Shown here: positions 1 to 9,502 of the stretch, one piece after another
Layout of the letters: each line of letters starts with the position of its first letter
How positions within the stretch are numbered: position 1 is the stretch's first letter
NCBI GenBank assembly: GCA_018141785.1
Contig: CP073341.1
Span: 1,657,422-1,721,421, forward strand
Reading direction: 5' to 3'
Source: Candidatus Paraprochloron terpiosi LD05
Lineage (GTDB): Bacteria > Cyanobacteriota > Cyanobacteriia > Cyanobacteriales > Prochloraceae
Length of the DNA: 64,000 bases
Position numbers and translations under genes: made by a program
Notes under the pieces: generated by a model
The model's database searches: none
Told to the model about the DNA's origin: nothing
What the model saw: the letters and a program-made list of their open reading frames with translations, nothing else

Positions 1-22
1 AAAAATCAAGTCTGGTTGTCAT

Positions 23-898
23 TTGTTGGTGCAAGATAAATCCTTTGAGTTCAAGCCTGGGACGTTCTCTCGGGGTCGGTTTTTGCTTCAGAAGATAAAG
101 GGATTCACCAGCAAGGGGGGAATGACTGCTTTAGGGACGGCATTGATTACCCTAACCCCCAGTGTTAGTTTAGCAGCTAGTACTCCTCAATTGATGTTGA
201 ATGAGGGGGTGCGCACCGAGAATTTAGATATTAGTGCTGATTCTTTATCAGTAGAGTTGGCACAAGTTCGGGATAACCGAGAATTAGCAGAAGCGAAAAG
301 GTTAAATCAACAGGTAACACAGCTTTACGAACAAGGTGAGTATGCTGCTGCTGTTCCTCTAGCAGAACAAGCCCTGGCTATCAGGGAGAAAGTATTGCCA
401 GAGCAACATCCCGATGTAGCCCAAAGCCTCAACAACTTAGCTCAATTGTACCATGTCCAAGGAGACTACAGCAAAGCAGAACTCCTCTATCGCCGTTCCC
501 TGGCTATCAGGGAGAAGGTATTGCCAGAGCAACATCCTGATGTAGCCCAAAGCCTTAACAACCTGGCTGAGTTGTACTCGAACCAAGGAGACTACGGCAA
601 AGCAGAAACCCTCTATCTCCGTTCTCTGGCTATCAACGAGAAAATATTGCCAGAGTCTCATCCCAATGTAGCCACCGCTCTTAACAACCTGGCTGAGTTG
701 TACTCGAACCAAGGAGACTACGGCAAAGCAGAACCCCTCTATCTCCGTTCCCTGGCTATCAACGAGAAAGTATTGCCAGAGTCTCATCCCGATTTAGCCC
801 AAAGCCTCAACAACCTAGCTTTGCTGTACTCGAACCAAGGAGAAAACGCCAAAGCAGAACCCCTCTATCGCCGTTCCCGAGAGTGTAACCGGATTTAG
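23..898 (+). CDS. TPR-repeat protein (42-aa kinesin-light-chain-type units), apparently truncated in mid-repeat
   Basis: The translation has at least 4 near-identical units LAIREKVLPEQHPDVAQSLNNLAxLYxxQGDYxKAExLYxRS, a 126-bp DNA period over ~374-880. The ORF ends EPLYRRSRECNRI* where the next unit should start. A hydrophobic stretch, MTALGTALITLTPSVSLAAS, looks like a signal peptide. The TTG start is uncertain. Confidence 0.6.
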   Translation: MLVQDKSFEFKPGTFSRGRFLLQKIKGFTSKGGMTALGTALITLTPSVSLAASTPQLMLNEGVRTENLDISADSLSVELAQVRDNRELAEAKRLNQQVTQLYEQGEYAAAVPLAEQALAIREKVLPEQHPDVAQSLNNLAQLYHVQGDYSKAELLYRRSLAIREKVLPEQHPDVAQSLNNLAELYSNQGDYGKAETLYLRSLAINEKILPESHPNVATALNNLAELYSNQGDYGKAEPLYLRSLAINEKVLPESHPDLAQSLNNLALLYSNQGENAKAEPLYRRSRECNRI

Positions 899-953
899 CC
901 ACCAGCCTCGAACAACCAGACAAAAAATGTTTAATAAACTATGTAAGCCTAAG

Positions 954-3263
954 TTATGCTATAACATTCTCTGCTGCAATTTGAATCACTGCTAATAAGT
1001 CTTCCAGGTTTGGGGGTACGGGAACCAAACAGGGAAAAACGGAAAGATTCTTGACCTGATTTGCCATCTCAGTTATACTAGCATCTAGAGTAACAAGAGG
1101 TAAAGATGCGAGGCCATCCAATTGGCTCAAGCTTTGCAAATAAGCAAGAGGTTCAGTCAATTCCTTACCGAGTAAAATTACATCTGGTTGCCAAACTCGC
1201 GCCAGAATCTCTGCTTGCTCTAAACAATCCACTTCTAAAACACGGTGATTGAAGCGAGATACGTAATTACTCAGAGCAAGAGCAAATTCAGCGTTCCGGA
1301 GAAATCCTCCTAGCTCATAGAGGTGTAAAATTGTCAAACGACGAGTTGGAGCAGATGGTTGAACCTGAAAATGATTGAGTAGCTTCTGCAAAGCCTCCTT
1401 CTGAGGAGGTAAAGCTAAAAAGCCATCCCCCTCGGACCTCCTTTGAGCAGTCCCAGTGGTCATCAAAATCACCGGAATACTCTTGGTGGTAGAGTCTGAT
1501 TTTAGCAGCGTCAAAACATCCCAGCCAGAAAGCAAGGGTAAGACGGGGTTGAGTAAAATTAGACAAGGCTGTAACTGACGGGCTTTCTCCACTGCTTCAG
1601 TGCCAGTACGAGCAATGACAAACCGATAGCCCAGATCCACTAGGTGCACCGTCAAATTTTCAATATACTTAGGAACAGCCTCAATAATTAAAATCAAAGG
1701 GTCTCTAGGTCTGGTAGGTGAACTTTGACGAGGAAAAGGAGGAAGTAAAAGAGTAAACTGACTACCTTTACCCACTTGGGAAATAAAGGAAACATCTCCT
1801 CCGTGAGTGCGAGCAAGATGCTGAGTTAAAACCAACCCCAAACCGCTTCCGTTAAACTCCCGAGTGAGAGGATTTTCTAGCTGTTGGAATTTCTGAAAGA
1901 TTAGATGCTGAGATTCTTCGGCAATACCAATTCCCGTATCCCACACAGTAAAAGCAATCCAACTAAACCAACTCCTGACCCTCAGACCAATTTTACCCCC
2001 CGAGGCGGTAAACTTGAGAGCATTGTTCAAGAGGTGAACTAGCATTTGCCCCAGACGCAGTTCATCAGCCACAATTATCTCCAAATCCGGGTCGATTTCG
2101 AGGCTAAATTGGTGTTCCTCTACAGAAGTCTTCCCTTTTTTTGCTTCTTCGTATGCTCTCTGACATGCCTTTTTAATTGTCACTGGTGTTGGTGTCAATT
2201 TAAGCTGTCCCGTTTCTAAACGGGTCAAATCCAGGATATCATTGACCAATGTCAGGAGCTGACGTCCACTTTGATATATTTGTTTGGCATACTTACTCTG
2301 ACGAGAGTTGAGTGATCCCAGTTTTTGCTCTTTGAGCAGGCTAGATAATCCCATCACTGCGGTGAGAGGAGATTTCAGTTCGTGACTGATACAAGCTAAA
2401 AATTCATCTTTCAGACGATTCAACTGCACACTTTCAGCATTTTTCGCTGCTAGTTCTTGACACAGTCGTTTTTCTTCCGTGATATCTGTTGCCAGTATGA
2501 GCCAGATTGGCTTAGTCAGACTGGGGAAATTGAGGGGAAGTTTGATAAACTGCCAGACTTCCTCTCCCTGATCCCTGTTTGGCTCTTGCAGCCCTCTGGA
2601 GGGACTTTCAGCAAGAGGCAATGAATTTTCTGTCCAGCAGTATGCTTGAAATTCCCCTTGTCTACAGGGGACATTTTGTCCAGCTGCTACTTTGACAGCA
2701 CTGTCATCATGGAGTTGAGGGAGGAATCCAATCCGTTGACACCAGCTAAGATTACGACTGATAATCTGCCCTTCTCCTGTTTGCAACATCACTGGTAGGG
2801 GCAGAGGTTCCAGCAAATGGGATAGAGACTGACAAAATGTGTCCTTGCAATTACTAGCGGGAATTTTGGCTTTTGTCAACTCCACTGTATTTTGGAGTAA
2901 AGTGTAGGTATCTAAGAGTCCCAGGAATTTTCCTTCCGAGTCTACTAAAGCAAAGGATTTATCCCCGTGGAAATTAAATTGAATAGCTCTTCTGAATTCC
3001 CCCACTAGCATCTGTGCTAGTAATGTAGGAATTGGCTCGATCCAATTCCCAATGGTCTCCGGACCATGGTCCCCTGACACCAGATAGGGTATTAAGCGAC
3101 AACAGCGAATCACACCTCTTGGAGATTGCTCTTCATTGACTACAACCAACTGCTCATGCTCACCGGACTGAAAAATGGCCAGCACTGCTGTCTTATTAGC
3201 TTTCTCGGAGCAAACTGGAATGGGTTGAAGAAAATGGGCTAGAGTGAGATCTGAGCTAGACAT
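954..3263 (-). CDS. Sensor histidine kinase with N-terminal CBS-like region and two C-terminal pseudo-receiver domains
   Basis: H-box EFLACISHELKSPLTAV, N-box LLNNALKFT, G-boxes DTGIGI and GSGLGL. Two REC-like folds follow in which the phospho-Asp position is N (CLILLNPVLP) and then G (DVILLGKEL). The gene is divergent from kaiA. Confidence 0.8.
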   Translation of the reverse strand: MSSSDLTLAHFLQPIPVCSEKANKTAVLAIFQSGEHEQLVVVNEEQSPRGVIRCCRLIPYLVSGDHGPETIGNWIEPIPTLLAQMLVGEFRRAIQFNFHGDKSFALVDSEGKFLGLLDTYTLLQNTVELTKAKIPASNCKDTFCQSLSHLLEPLPLPVMLQTGEGQIISRNLSWCQRIGFLPQLHDDSAVKVAAGQNVPCRQGEFQAYCWTENSLPLAESPSRGLQEPNRDQGEEVWQFIKLPLNFPSLTKPIWLILATDITEEKRLCQELAAKNAESVQLNRLKDEFLACISHELKSPLTAVMGLSSLLKEQKLGSLNSRQSKYAKQIYQSGRQLLTLVNDILDLTRLETGQLKLTPTPVTIKKACQRAYEEAKKGKTSVEEHQFSLEIDPDLEIIVADELRLGQMLVHLLNNALKFTASGGKIGLRVRSWFSWIAFTVWDTGIGIAEESQHLIFQKFQQLENPLTREFNGSGLGLVLTQHLARTHGGDVSFISQVGKGSQFTLLLPPFPRQSSPTRPRDPLILIIEAVPKYIENLTVHLVDLGYRFVIARTGTEAVEKARQLQPCLILLNPVLPLLSGWDVLTLLKSDSTTKSIPVILMTTGTAQRRSEGDGFLALPPQKEALQKLLNHFQVQPSAPTRRLTILHLYELGGFLRNAEFALALSNYVSRFNHRVLEVDCLEQAEILARVWQPDVILLGKELTEPLAYLQSLSQLDGLASLPLVTLDASITEMANQVKNLSVFPCLVPVPPNLEDLLAVIQIAAENVIA

Positions 3264-3391
3264 GAAAAATTACCGCTGGGTGTCAGGGGAAAATCCTTCT
3301 CCTTTTTGCTATTATCCCCCTAGGGTGATAGGATAAAGTGAAAGATTACAATTAATTAATAAACACTTAATTTTAGCCTAATTTTTGACCC

Positions 3392-4297
3392 TTGCAATTA
3401 TCGATCTGTATTTTTGCCGATTCTGAACAGCTCACTCAGTCCTTGACTCAAGTACTGAAGGTTGGACGCTATCGCTTGAATGCACTCCATACCCACAAGG
3501 AGTTCGAGAATTTTGTCACCCAGCACAAGGAACAAATCGATTGCTTAGTCTTTGTTAATAACCCTGCTTCGGAACCTCTCCTCAAACAGCTATATGAACA
3601 AGGTACCCTGCTACCAGCCATCATCATTGATGAGGATAATACCATAACACTTCCCACAGACCATAGTACAGAAGGAGAAAATCAAACCTATCTTTACCAC
3701 AGTGGGGAAATTCGACTGGCGGTCAATCAAATCCCAGACCCTGCCTCTTTTATCGACCAAGCGATCGCTCAGTTTCTCCACCTCACTCCCAGTTGTGCTC
3801 TCTCGGAACGTCCCCCTAAGATAGAATTAGTTCCCAACGAAAATACCGAGAACTTTCTCCTACTCCAACAGCGTCGGTTGTCCCAAAAGCTCAAGGAAAG
3901 ACTGGGATACTTAGGATTATATTATAAAAGAAATCCCAAGTTTTTTTATCGGAATCTATCCCCAAAAGAAAAAACAGAACTTACCGAGCAATTAAGGGAA
4001 GAATATCGTCAAATTCTTCTCAATTACTTTGCTAAAGAAATTAATATAAATACAGCCATCGACCAATATGTTAATCGTGCTTTCTTTGCTGATGTTTCTG
4101 TTGAGCAAGTTTTGGAAATCCATATGGAATTAATAGATGAATTCTCGCAACAGCTTAAATTGGAAGGAAGAAGCGATGAAATTATCCTTGACTACCGTCT
4201 AACTTTGATTGATATGATTGCTCACTTGTGCGAAATGTATCGTCGTTCTATTCCCAGGGAAGATATTCCTTTGTCAAGCCACTTCGAAGTAGACTAA
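3392..4297 (+). CDS. kaiA: Circadian clock protein KaiA (full-length, 301 aa)
   Basis: It lies immediately upstream of kaiB and kaiC. It has an N-terminal pseudo-receiver-like region and a C-terminal helical domain (LIDMIAHLCEMYRRS). The start codon is TTG. Confidence 0.9.
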   Translation: MQLSICIFADSEQLTQSLTQVLKVGRYRLNALHTHKEFENFVTQHKEQIDCLVFVNNPASEPLLKQLYEQGTLLPAIIIDEDNTITLPTDHSTEGENQTYLYHSGEIRLAVNQIPDPASFIDQAIAQFLHLTPSCALSERPPKIELVPNENTENFLLLQQRRLSQKLKERLGYLGLYYKRNPKFFYRNLSPKEKTELTEQLREEYRQILLNYFAKEININTAIDQYVNRAFFADVSVEQVLEIHMELIDEFSQQLKLEGRSDEIILDYRLTLIDMIAHLCEMYRRSIPREDIPLSSHFEVD

Positions 4298-4359
4298 AAT
4301 AAATTCTTCTCTCTCAGTTTGCCAACTAATTATTTAACTAGATATTAAGATTTAGGACT

Positions 4360-4668
4360 ATGTTCAAAAAAGCTTATATTTTAAAGCTTTATGTTGCCGG
4401 GAATACTTCCAACTCTGTTCGTGCTCTAAAAACCCTGAAAAATATCCTGGAAGAAGATTTTCAAGGTGTCTACGCACTCAAAGTGATTGATGTGCTCAAA
4501 AATCCCCAACTAGCTGAGGAAGATAAAATCTTAGCCACCCCAACTCTATCGAAAGTTTTGCCTCCTCCAGTGCGCAAGATTATCGGCGATCTTTCCGATC
4601 GGGAAAAAGTATTAATTGGCTTAGATCTTCTGTACGAGGAAATCAGAGACAGAGACTCAGACCTGTAA
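4360..4668 (+). CDS. kaiB: Circadian clock protein KaiB
   Basis: 102 aa. Starts [26 protein letters not shown] and contains [23 protein letters not shown], typical of KaiB. Confidence 0.95.
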   Translation: MFKKAYILKLYVAGNTSNSVRALKTLKNILEEDFQGVYALKVIDVLKNPQLAEEDKILATPTLSKVLPPPVRKIIGDLSDREKVLIGLDLLYEEIRDRDSDL

Positions 4669-4729
4669 GTGGAGATTTTTTGACCTCTGGGATATAAACT
4701 ATAAATATGGGTAACTTCCGAGAACTAAC

Positions 4730-6289
4730 ATGAATCAATTGAATCTCAATGCACAAAACAAAGACAAATTAATTCTGAAAGGAGTCCAGAAAATACTGAC
4801 AACAATTGAAGGATTTGATGAAATCACTCATGGTGGTCTCCCTATGGGGAGAACAACTCTGGTAAGCGGCACCTCCGGTACAGGCAAAACCTTGCTAGCG
4901 ATTCAGTTTCTCTATCATGGCATCAAATATTTCGATTATCCCGGCTTATTTGTTACTTTTGAAGAATCGCCTACGGATATTATCCAAAATGCCTATAGTT
5001 TTGGCTGGAATTTGGCAGACTTAATTGATAAGGGTAAATTATTCATTCTCGACGCCTCTCCGGATCCAGAAGGACAGGAAGTGGTGGGGAATTTTGACCT
5101 TTCTGCTTTAATCGAACGGATTCAGTATGCCATTAGCAAATATCAAGCCAAATTAGTTTCCATTGACTCGGTTACGGCGGTATTTCAACAGTACGATGGT
5201 GCTTCAGTCGTTAGACGGGAAATCTTTCGTCTCGTTGCTCGTCTCAAACAACTGAAAGTCACCTCAATTATGACTACAGAAAGGGTAGAGGAATACGGTC
5301 CTGTTGCTCGGTTTGGGGTGGAGGAATTTGTTTCCGACAATGTGGTGATTGTGCGCAACGTCTTGGAAGGGGAACGGCGTCGTCGCACGGTGGAAATTCT
5401 CAAGTTGCGGGGTACCACCCATATGAAAGGGGAGTATCCCTTTACCATTACTAATGATGGCATTAATATTTTCCCATTGGGTGCTATGCGACTGACTCAG
5501 CGTTCCTCCAATGTGAGGATTTCTTCTGGTATCAAAACCTTGGACTCCATGTGTGGCGGGGGTTTCTTCAAAGATTCCATTATTTTGGCAACTGGTGCTA
5601 CGGGAACCGGAAAAACCCTGTTGGTGAGTAAGTTTTTAGAAGAAGGTTGTCGGCGAGGGGAAAGGGCAATTCTTTTTGCTTACGAAGAATCTAGACCCCA
5701 ATTATCCCGCAATGCTTCATCTTGGGGCATTGATTTTGAGGAAATGGAGCAAAAAGGCTTGCTGAAACTGCTTTGTTGCTATCCAGAATCAGCGGGTTTG
5801 GAAGACCATTTGCAAATGATTAAATCGGAGATTTCGGAATTCAAACCCTCTCGCATCGCCATTGATTCTCTCTCAGCTTTGGCTCGGGGGGTTACTAACA
5901 ATGCTTTCCGCCAGTTTGTCATTGGGGTGACTGGTTATGCAAAACAAGAAGAAATTACCGGTTTCTTTACCAACACTACGGATCAGTTTATGGGTGCTCA
6001 TTCCATTACAGAGTCCCATATTTCCACCATTACGGACACCATTATCATGCTCCAATATGTGGAAATTAGGGGAGAAATGTCCCGGGCAATTAATGTATTT
6101 AAAATGCGTGGTTCTTGGCATGATACGGGCATTCGGGAGTACAGTATTAGTGAGGAAGGTCCGGAAATCAAGAATTCCTTCAGTAACTACGAACGGATTA
6201 TTAGCGGTTCTCCCAGTCGCATTTCTGTGGACGAAAAGTCTGAACTTTCACGGATTGTTCGGGGTGTTAGGGACAGAACAAAGGACTAA
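4730..6289 (+). CDS. kaiC: Circadian clock ATPase/autokinase KaiC
   Basis: 519 aa with duplicated RecA-like halves. Two Walker A motifs (GTSGTGKT and GATGTGKT). The phosphosite region ITESHISTITDTII is present. Confidence 0.97.
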   Translation: MNQLNLNAQNKDKLILKGVQKILTTIEGFDEITHGGLPMGRTTLVSGTSGTGKTLLAIQFLYHGIKYFDYPGLFVTFEESPTDIIQNAYSFGWNLADLIDKGKLFILDASPDPEGQEVVGNFDLSALIERIQYAISKYQAKLVSIDSVTAVFQQYDGASVVRREIFRLVARLKQLKVTSIMTTERVEEYGPVARFGVEEFVSDNVVIVRNVLEGERRRRTVEILKLRGTTHMKGEYPFTITNDGINIFPLGAMRLTQRSSNVRISSGIKTLDSMCGGGFFKDSIILATGATGTGKTLLVSKFLEEGCRRGERAILFAYEESRPQLSRNASSWGIDFEEMEQKGLLKLLCCYPESAGLEDHLQMIKSEISEFKPSRIAIDSLSALARGVTNNAFRQFVIGVTGYAKQEEITGFFTNTTDQFMGAHSITESHISTITDTIIMLQYVEIRGEMSRAINVFKMRGSWHDTGIREYSISEEGPEIKNSFSNYERIISGSPSRISVDEKSELSRIVRGVRDRTKD

Positions 6290-6414
6290 ACCAATATTGG
6301 TCAGGTTTGGGTATAATATATACTACTATAGGATATATAGTGCGGCGATCGCGATACATATCCGCTACTTTGTACAGTTCATGATTGTTAGTTTGTTTCA
6401 TTATAGGGGGGGTA

Positions 6415-7614
6415 TTATTTCCCTAGTTCTTTGATCCGCTTCAGGGCGCTCCTGTAATCTCGTCTATATCCTTGTTGCTTATAGAGTTTGGCAGCATTTT
6501 TTAAATCCTCCATAGCTTCTCGTTTTTTTTCTTGTTGTTTGTAAGCTAAACCCCTGTTAATGTAGGCGTGAGCTAAGTTAGGCTCCAAACGGATAGCTTC
6601 GTTGTAATCAGCCATCGCTCCCTTATAATCCTTCAACCCTCTCCGCCGTGCAAAACCTCTGTTATTGTAGGCAGCAGCTAAGTTAGGCTCCAAACGGATA
6701 GCTTCGGTGAAATCAGCGATCGCCCTCTTATAATCCTTCAACTCATTCCGTGCTAAACCCCTATTATTGTAGGTGGTAGCATCGTTAGGCTCCAAACGGA
6801 TAGCTTCGGTGAAATCAGCGATCGCTTCTTTATAATCTTCCAACTCATTCCGTGCAATACCCCTATTATAATAGGCCAGAGCTAAGTTAGGATCCAAATA
6901 GATAGCTTTCGTGTAATCGGTGATCGCCTTCTTATAATCCTTCAACTCATTCCGTGCTAAACCCCTATTATAGTAGGCGCAAGCTAAGTTAGGATCCAAA
7001 CGGATAGCTTTCGTGTGATCGGCGATCGCCCCTTTATAATCGTTCAAGGATTTGCGTGCAATACCCCTGTTATAGTAGGTGGCAGCTAACTTAGGATCCA
7101 AACGGATAGCTGACCTGTAATCGGCGATCGCCCCCTGATAATCTTTCAACCCATTCCGTGCAATGCCCCTGTTAATGTAGGCTACAGCATCGTTTGGCTC
7201 CAAACGAATTGCTTTGGTATAATCTTCTATCGCCCCCTTCCAGTCTCCTTTTCCCCTTTTCTCAAGACCCCGTTTCAACCAATCTTTTGCACTTAGAGAG
7301 GTATTCTTGGGAGAAGAAGTTTGTGTTGGAGTGTTAGGAATAGTAGAAGCTAGGTTTTGAGGAGCAGGAGAAGGAGGAGAGGAAACAGTTACAGTAGGAA
7401 GCAAGTCTAACCACGCTTTCACCGATTGGGGGCGATTTTCTGGATATGGTTCCATTCCAGCGATGATGGCTTTCTTTAACCTATCGCTGACATGGCGTTG
7501 GTGAATTAGAAGATGGATGTGGAATAGACAGATTCTAGAACGTTTCATTTTCACTACTACACATAAAACAAAGAAAAATATGTACACGAATGTATTATGT
7601 ATACCAAAAGGCAC
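6415..7614 (-). CDS. TPR-repeat protein carrying only the last subdomain of a Ser/Thr kinase at its N-terminus (5'-truncated STK-TPR gene)
   Basis: About 8 34-aa TPR units (AIxDYxxAIRLxPNxAxAYxNRGxAR). The N-terminal LKKAIIAGMEPYPENRPQSVKAWLDLL resembles the C-terminal end of Hanks-type kinase domains, but no catalytic core precedes it. Usable starts may be M23 (7548) or M54 (7455). Confidence 0.6.
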   Translation of the reverse strand: MPFGIHNTFVYIFFFVLCVVVKMKRSRICLFHIHLLIHQRHVSDRLKKAIIAGMEPYPENRPQSVKAWLDLLPTVTVSSPPSPAPQNLASTIPNTPTQTSSPKNTSLSAKDWLKRGLEKRGKGDWKGAIEDYTKAIRLEPNDAVAYINRGIARNGLKDYQGAIADYRSAIRLDPKLAATYYNRGIARKSLNDYKGAIADHTKAIRLDPNLACAYYNRGLARNELKDYKKAITDYTKAIYLDPNLALAYYNRGIARNELEDYKEAIADFTEAIRLEPNDATTYNNRGLARNELKDYKRAIADFTEAIRLEPNLAAAYNNRGFARRRGLKDYKGAMADYNEAIRLEPNLAHAYINRGLAYKQQEKKREAMEDLKNAAKLYKQQGYRRDYRSALKRIKELGK

Positions 7615-7665
7615 TTCTTCTAGGATGAAAGAGTTCCTGACGGAAGATAAGAGGTCTGCATCTAT

Positions 7666-8106
7666 TTAAACAAACCTTTGAACTTCAAAGGGTTCAAACT
7701 TTACATATCTTATTTCAAAACGAAGGTCACCACATCGAAATTGTGGACAGGCAAAAAGTGTAATTCCATTCATACCAAAATGTAAATCACGAATAATTCC
7801 TCCTCTTCTTCGATCTAGAAAGCCGTCAATAGCCACTAAATGTTCTCTGCTGTATCGGACAGTATCCATGCCATCACTGATGGTGATATCGAATCTAGAA
7901 ATATCTTCTATACCAAAAAAACTATCACGTTCGCTATCTATCTGGATTATTCCTGTCGCCATATGAACTCTTTCCGGTCCTGCTCTAACAGTCAACCCAT
8001 CAGCATCGCTTCGCCAACGAAATCTCAAAACATGAGATATAGCAGTAGCGGGTTGCGCCAGTAAGAATTGAAAAATTGCAATTATTATTATTGAATATTT
8101 TTTCAT
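7666..8106 (-). CDS. Hypothetical secreted protein
   Basis: The ORF has a signal-peptide-like MKKYSIIIIAIFQFLLAQPATA. I recognise no family. The start is taken at the internal Met rather than at 8148. Confidence 0.4.
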   Translation of the reverse strand: MKKYSIIIIAIFQFLLAQPATAISHVLRFRWRSDADGLTVRAGPERVHMATGIIQIDSERDSFFGIEDISRFDITISDGMDTVRYSREHLVAIDGFLDRRRGGIIRDLHFGMNGITLFACPQFRCGDLRFEIRYVKFEPFEVQRFV

Positions 8107-8116
8107 TTTGATTTCT

Positions 8117-8153
8117 GTAGGTGTGGGTAACGCTTGCGCTTTACCCAACCTAC
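8117..8153. repeat. REP-like hairpin, GTAGGTTGGGT...ACCCAACCTAC family
   Basis: GTAGGTGTGGGTAA-CGCTTGCGCT-TTACCCAACCTAC inverted repeat, immediately 3' of the htrA-like stop (8156). Related copies at 60311-60355, 61082-61111 and 63984-64000. Confidence 0.6.
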
Positions 8154-8155
8154 AA

Positions 8156-9361
8156 CTAAGAGATACTTTCTAGTTGAGCTGTTCGTACATTCAGAGACAA
8201 AGTATTATCTCCTCGTTTGATTTCAAAGCGGAGAGTTTCCCCCACGCCGCTTTTTTCCACAATGGACTGTAATTCCTCCGCATTGGTAATCTTTTGCCCC
8301 GCTACTTTGAGAATAACATCTCCCCGACGAATACCAGAACTAGCAGCAGGGGTATCTGGTAGAACTCCAACTACCAAAACCCCTTCTTCTTCCGGTACAA
8401 AGAAAGGAGAATTGGGGTTTTGATTGTATTGTTGGGCTAATGCTGGGTTCAGGGTAATCATTTGAATGCCCACATAGGGGTGGGGCACTTCTTTACCCGC
8501 AGCGAGAGTGTCTTTCAGGGCTTTTGCCTTATTAATAGGAATGGCAAAGCCGATACCTGTGGCATTGGGGCGAATAGCGGTATTGATCCCGATTACTTCC
8601 CCACGGTCGTTTAATAAGGGGCCACCAGAATTACCGGGATTGATGGCTGCGTCGGTTTGGAGGAAGTCCACTCGCTTATCAGGAACCCCTACCTGGGCAG
8701 AAGAACGATCTAGAGTGCTGATAATGCCCAAGGTGACGGTATTGTTCAAACCTAGGGGATTTCCCACGGCGATCGCCCAATCTCCTACCTGTACTTCACG
8801 AGAATTTCCCAAGGGAGCTATAGGTAAGTCTGCTCCCTGAGGCTCGATTTTCACTACTGCTAAATCCGTGACTGGATCGCTACCTTTCACTTCTCCTTCA
8901 AATTGACGCCCGTCTTTGAGGGTGACGGTGACTGTGTCCGCTCCGCTAACTACATGAGCATTGGTGAGAATGATACCGCTGTTATCGGTAATAAAGCCTG
9001 AACCCTGACCTCGCACTTCTCTTTCCCGGGGTGTTCCTCTCAAGCGATCGCCAAAAAAATCCCGGAAAAAGGGGTCATCAAAAAAGGGGTCCAGATTAGA
9101 GCGACTGGTGACGATTTTGGTAGTATCCAACCGCACCACCGCTGGACCAGTATTCGCTACTGCTGCGGCGACGAAGTTATCACCACTGGTGACGCCTGGT
9201 TTTAGGGCTACTGTGGTGGTAGGTTCTTGGGGTGGCTCCAATACCTCTGTTGGTTTAGCTTGGGAAGATAGCATCCGCAGACTGCTAAAGGCGAGAGCCA
9301 CTCCCAGCACCAGGGCGACGAAATGGGTACTGAATTGTCGAATAAATTTTGAGGATTTCAT
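8156..9361 (-). CDS. HtrA/DegP-family serine protease with C-terminal PDZ domain
   Basis: Catalytic motifs TNAHVV and GNSGGPL, a PDZ-like C-terminus (GDVILKVAGQKI) and an N-terminal signal/TM segment. Confidence 0.9.
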   Translation of the reverse strand: MKSSKFIRQFSTHFVALVLGVALAFSSLRMLSSQAKPTEVLEPPQEPTTTVALKPGVTSGDNFVAAAVANTGPAVVRLDTTKIVTSRSNLDPFFDDPFFRDFFGDRLRGTPREREVRGQGSGFITDNSGIILTNAHVVSGADTVTVTLKDGRQFEGEVKGSDPVTDLAVVKIEPQGADLPIAPLGNSREVQVGDWAIAVGNPLGLNNTVTLGIISTLDRSSAQVGVPDKRVDFLQTDAAINPGNSGGPLLNDRGEVIGINTAIRPNATGIGFAIPINKAKALKDTLAAGKEVPHPYVGIQMITLNPALAQQYNQNPNSPFFVPEEEGVLVVGVLPDTPAASSGIRRGDVILKVAGQKITNAEELQSIVEKSGVGETLRFEIKRGDNTLSLNVRTAQLESIS

Positions 9362-9502
9362 TATTTTGGTACAATTAGGGTAAATTTATTTTAACTTTTA
9401 GATTGGGGTTTTGTCTCGCCCTCGGCATCCCTTCCTTCGGCATCGCGGATGGCGAAGGGATGCCGAAGGAGGGCAAAGGCGCAAAGGGAGGAAGAATCGG
9501 AG

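Noticed and set aside
5937-6434. 165-aa plus-strand ORF overlapping the 3' end of kaiC and running into the intergenic region
   Set aside because: It is out of frame within kaiC, has low-complexity composition and resembles no known family.
9418-9474. Long imperfect hairpin (GCCCTCGGCATCCCTTC ... GAAGGGATGCCGAAGGAGGGC) upstream of the htrA-like gene
   Set aside because: It probably belongs to the dispersed GC-rich repeat modules, since GGCAAAGGCGCAAAGGG follows it. There is no U-tract on either strand, so it is not called as a terminator.
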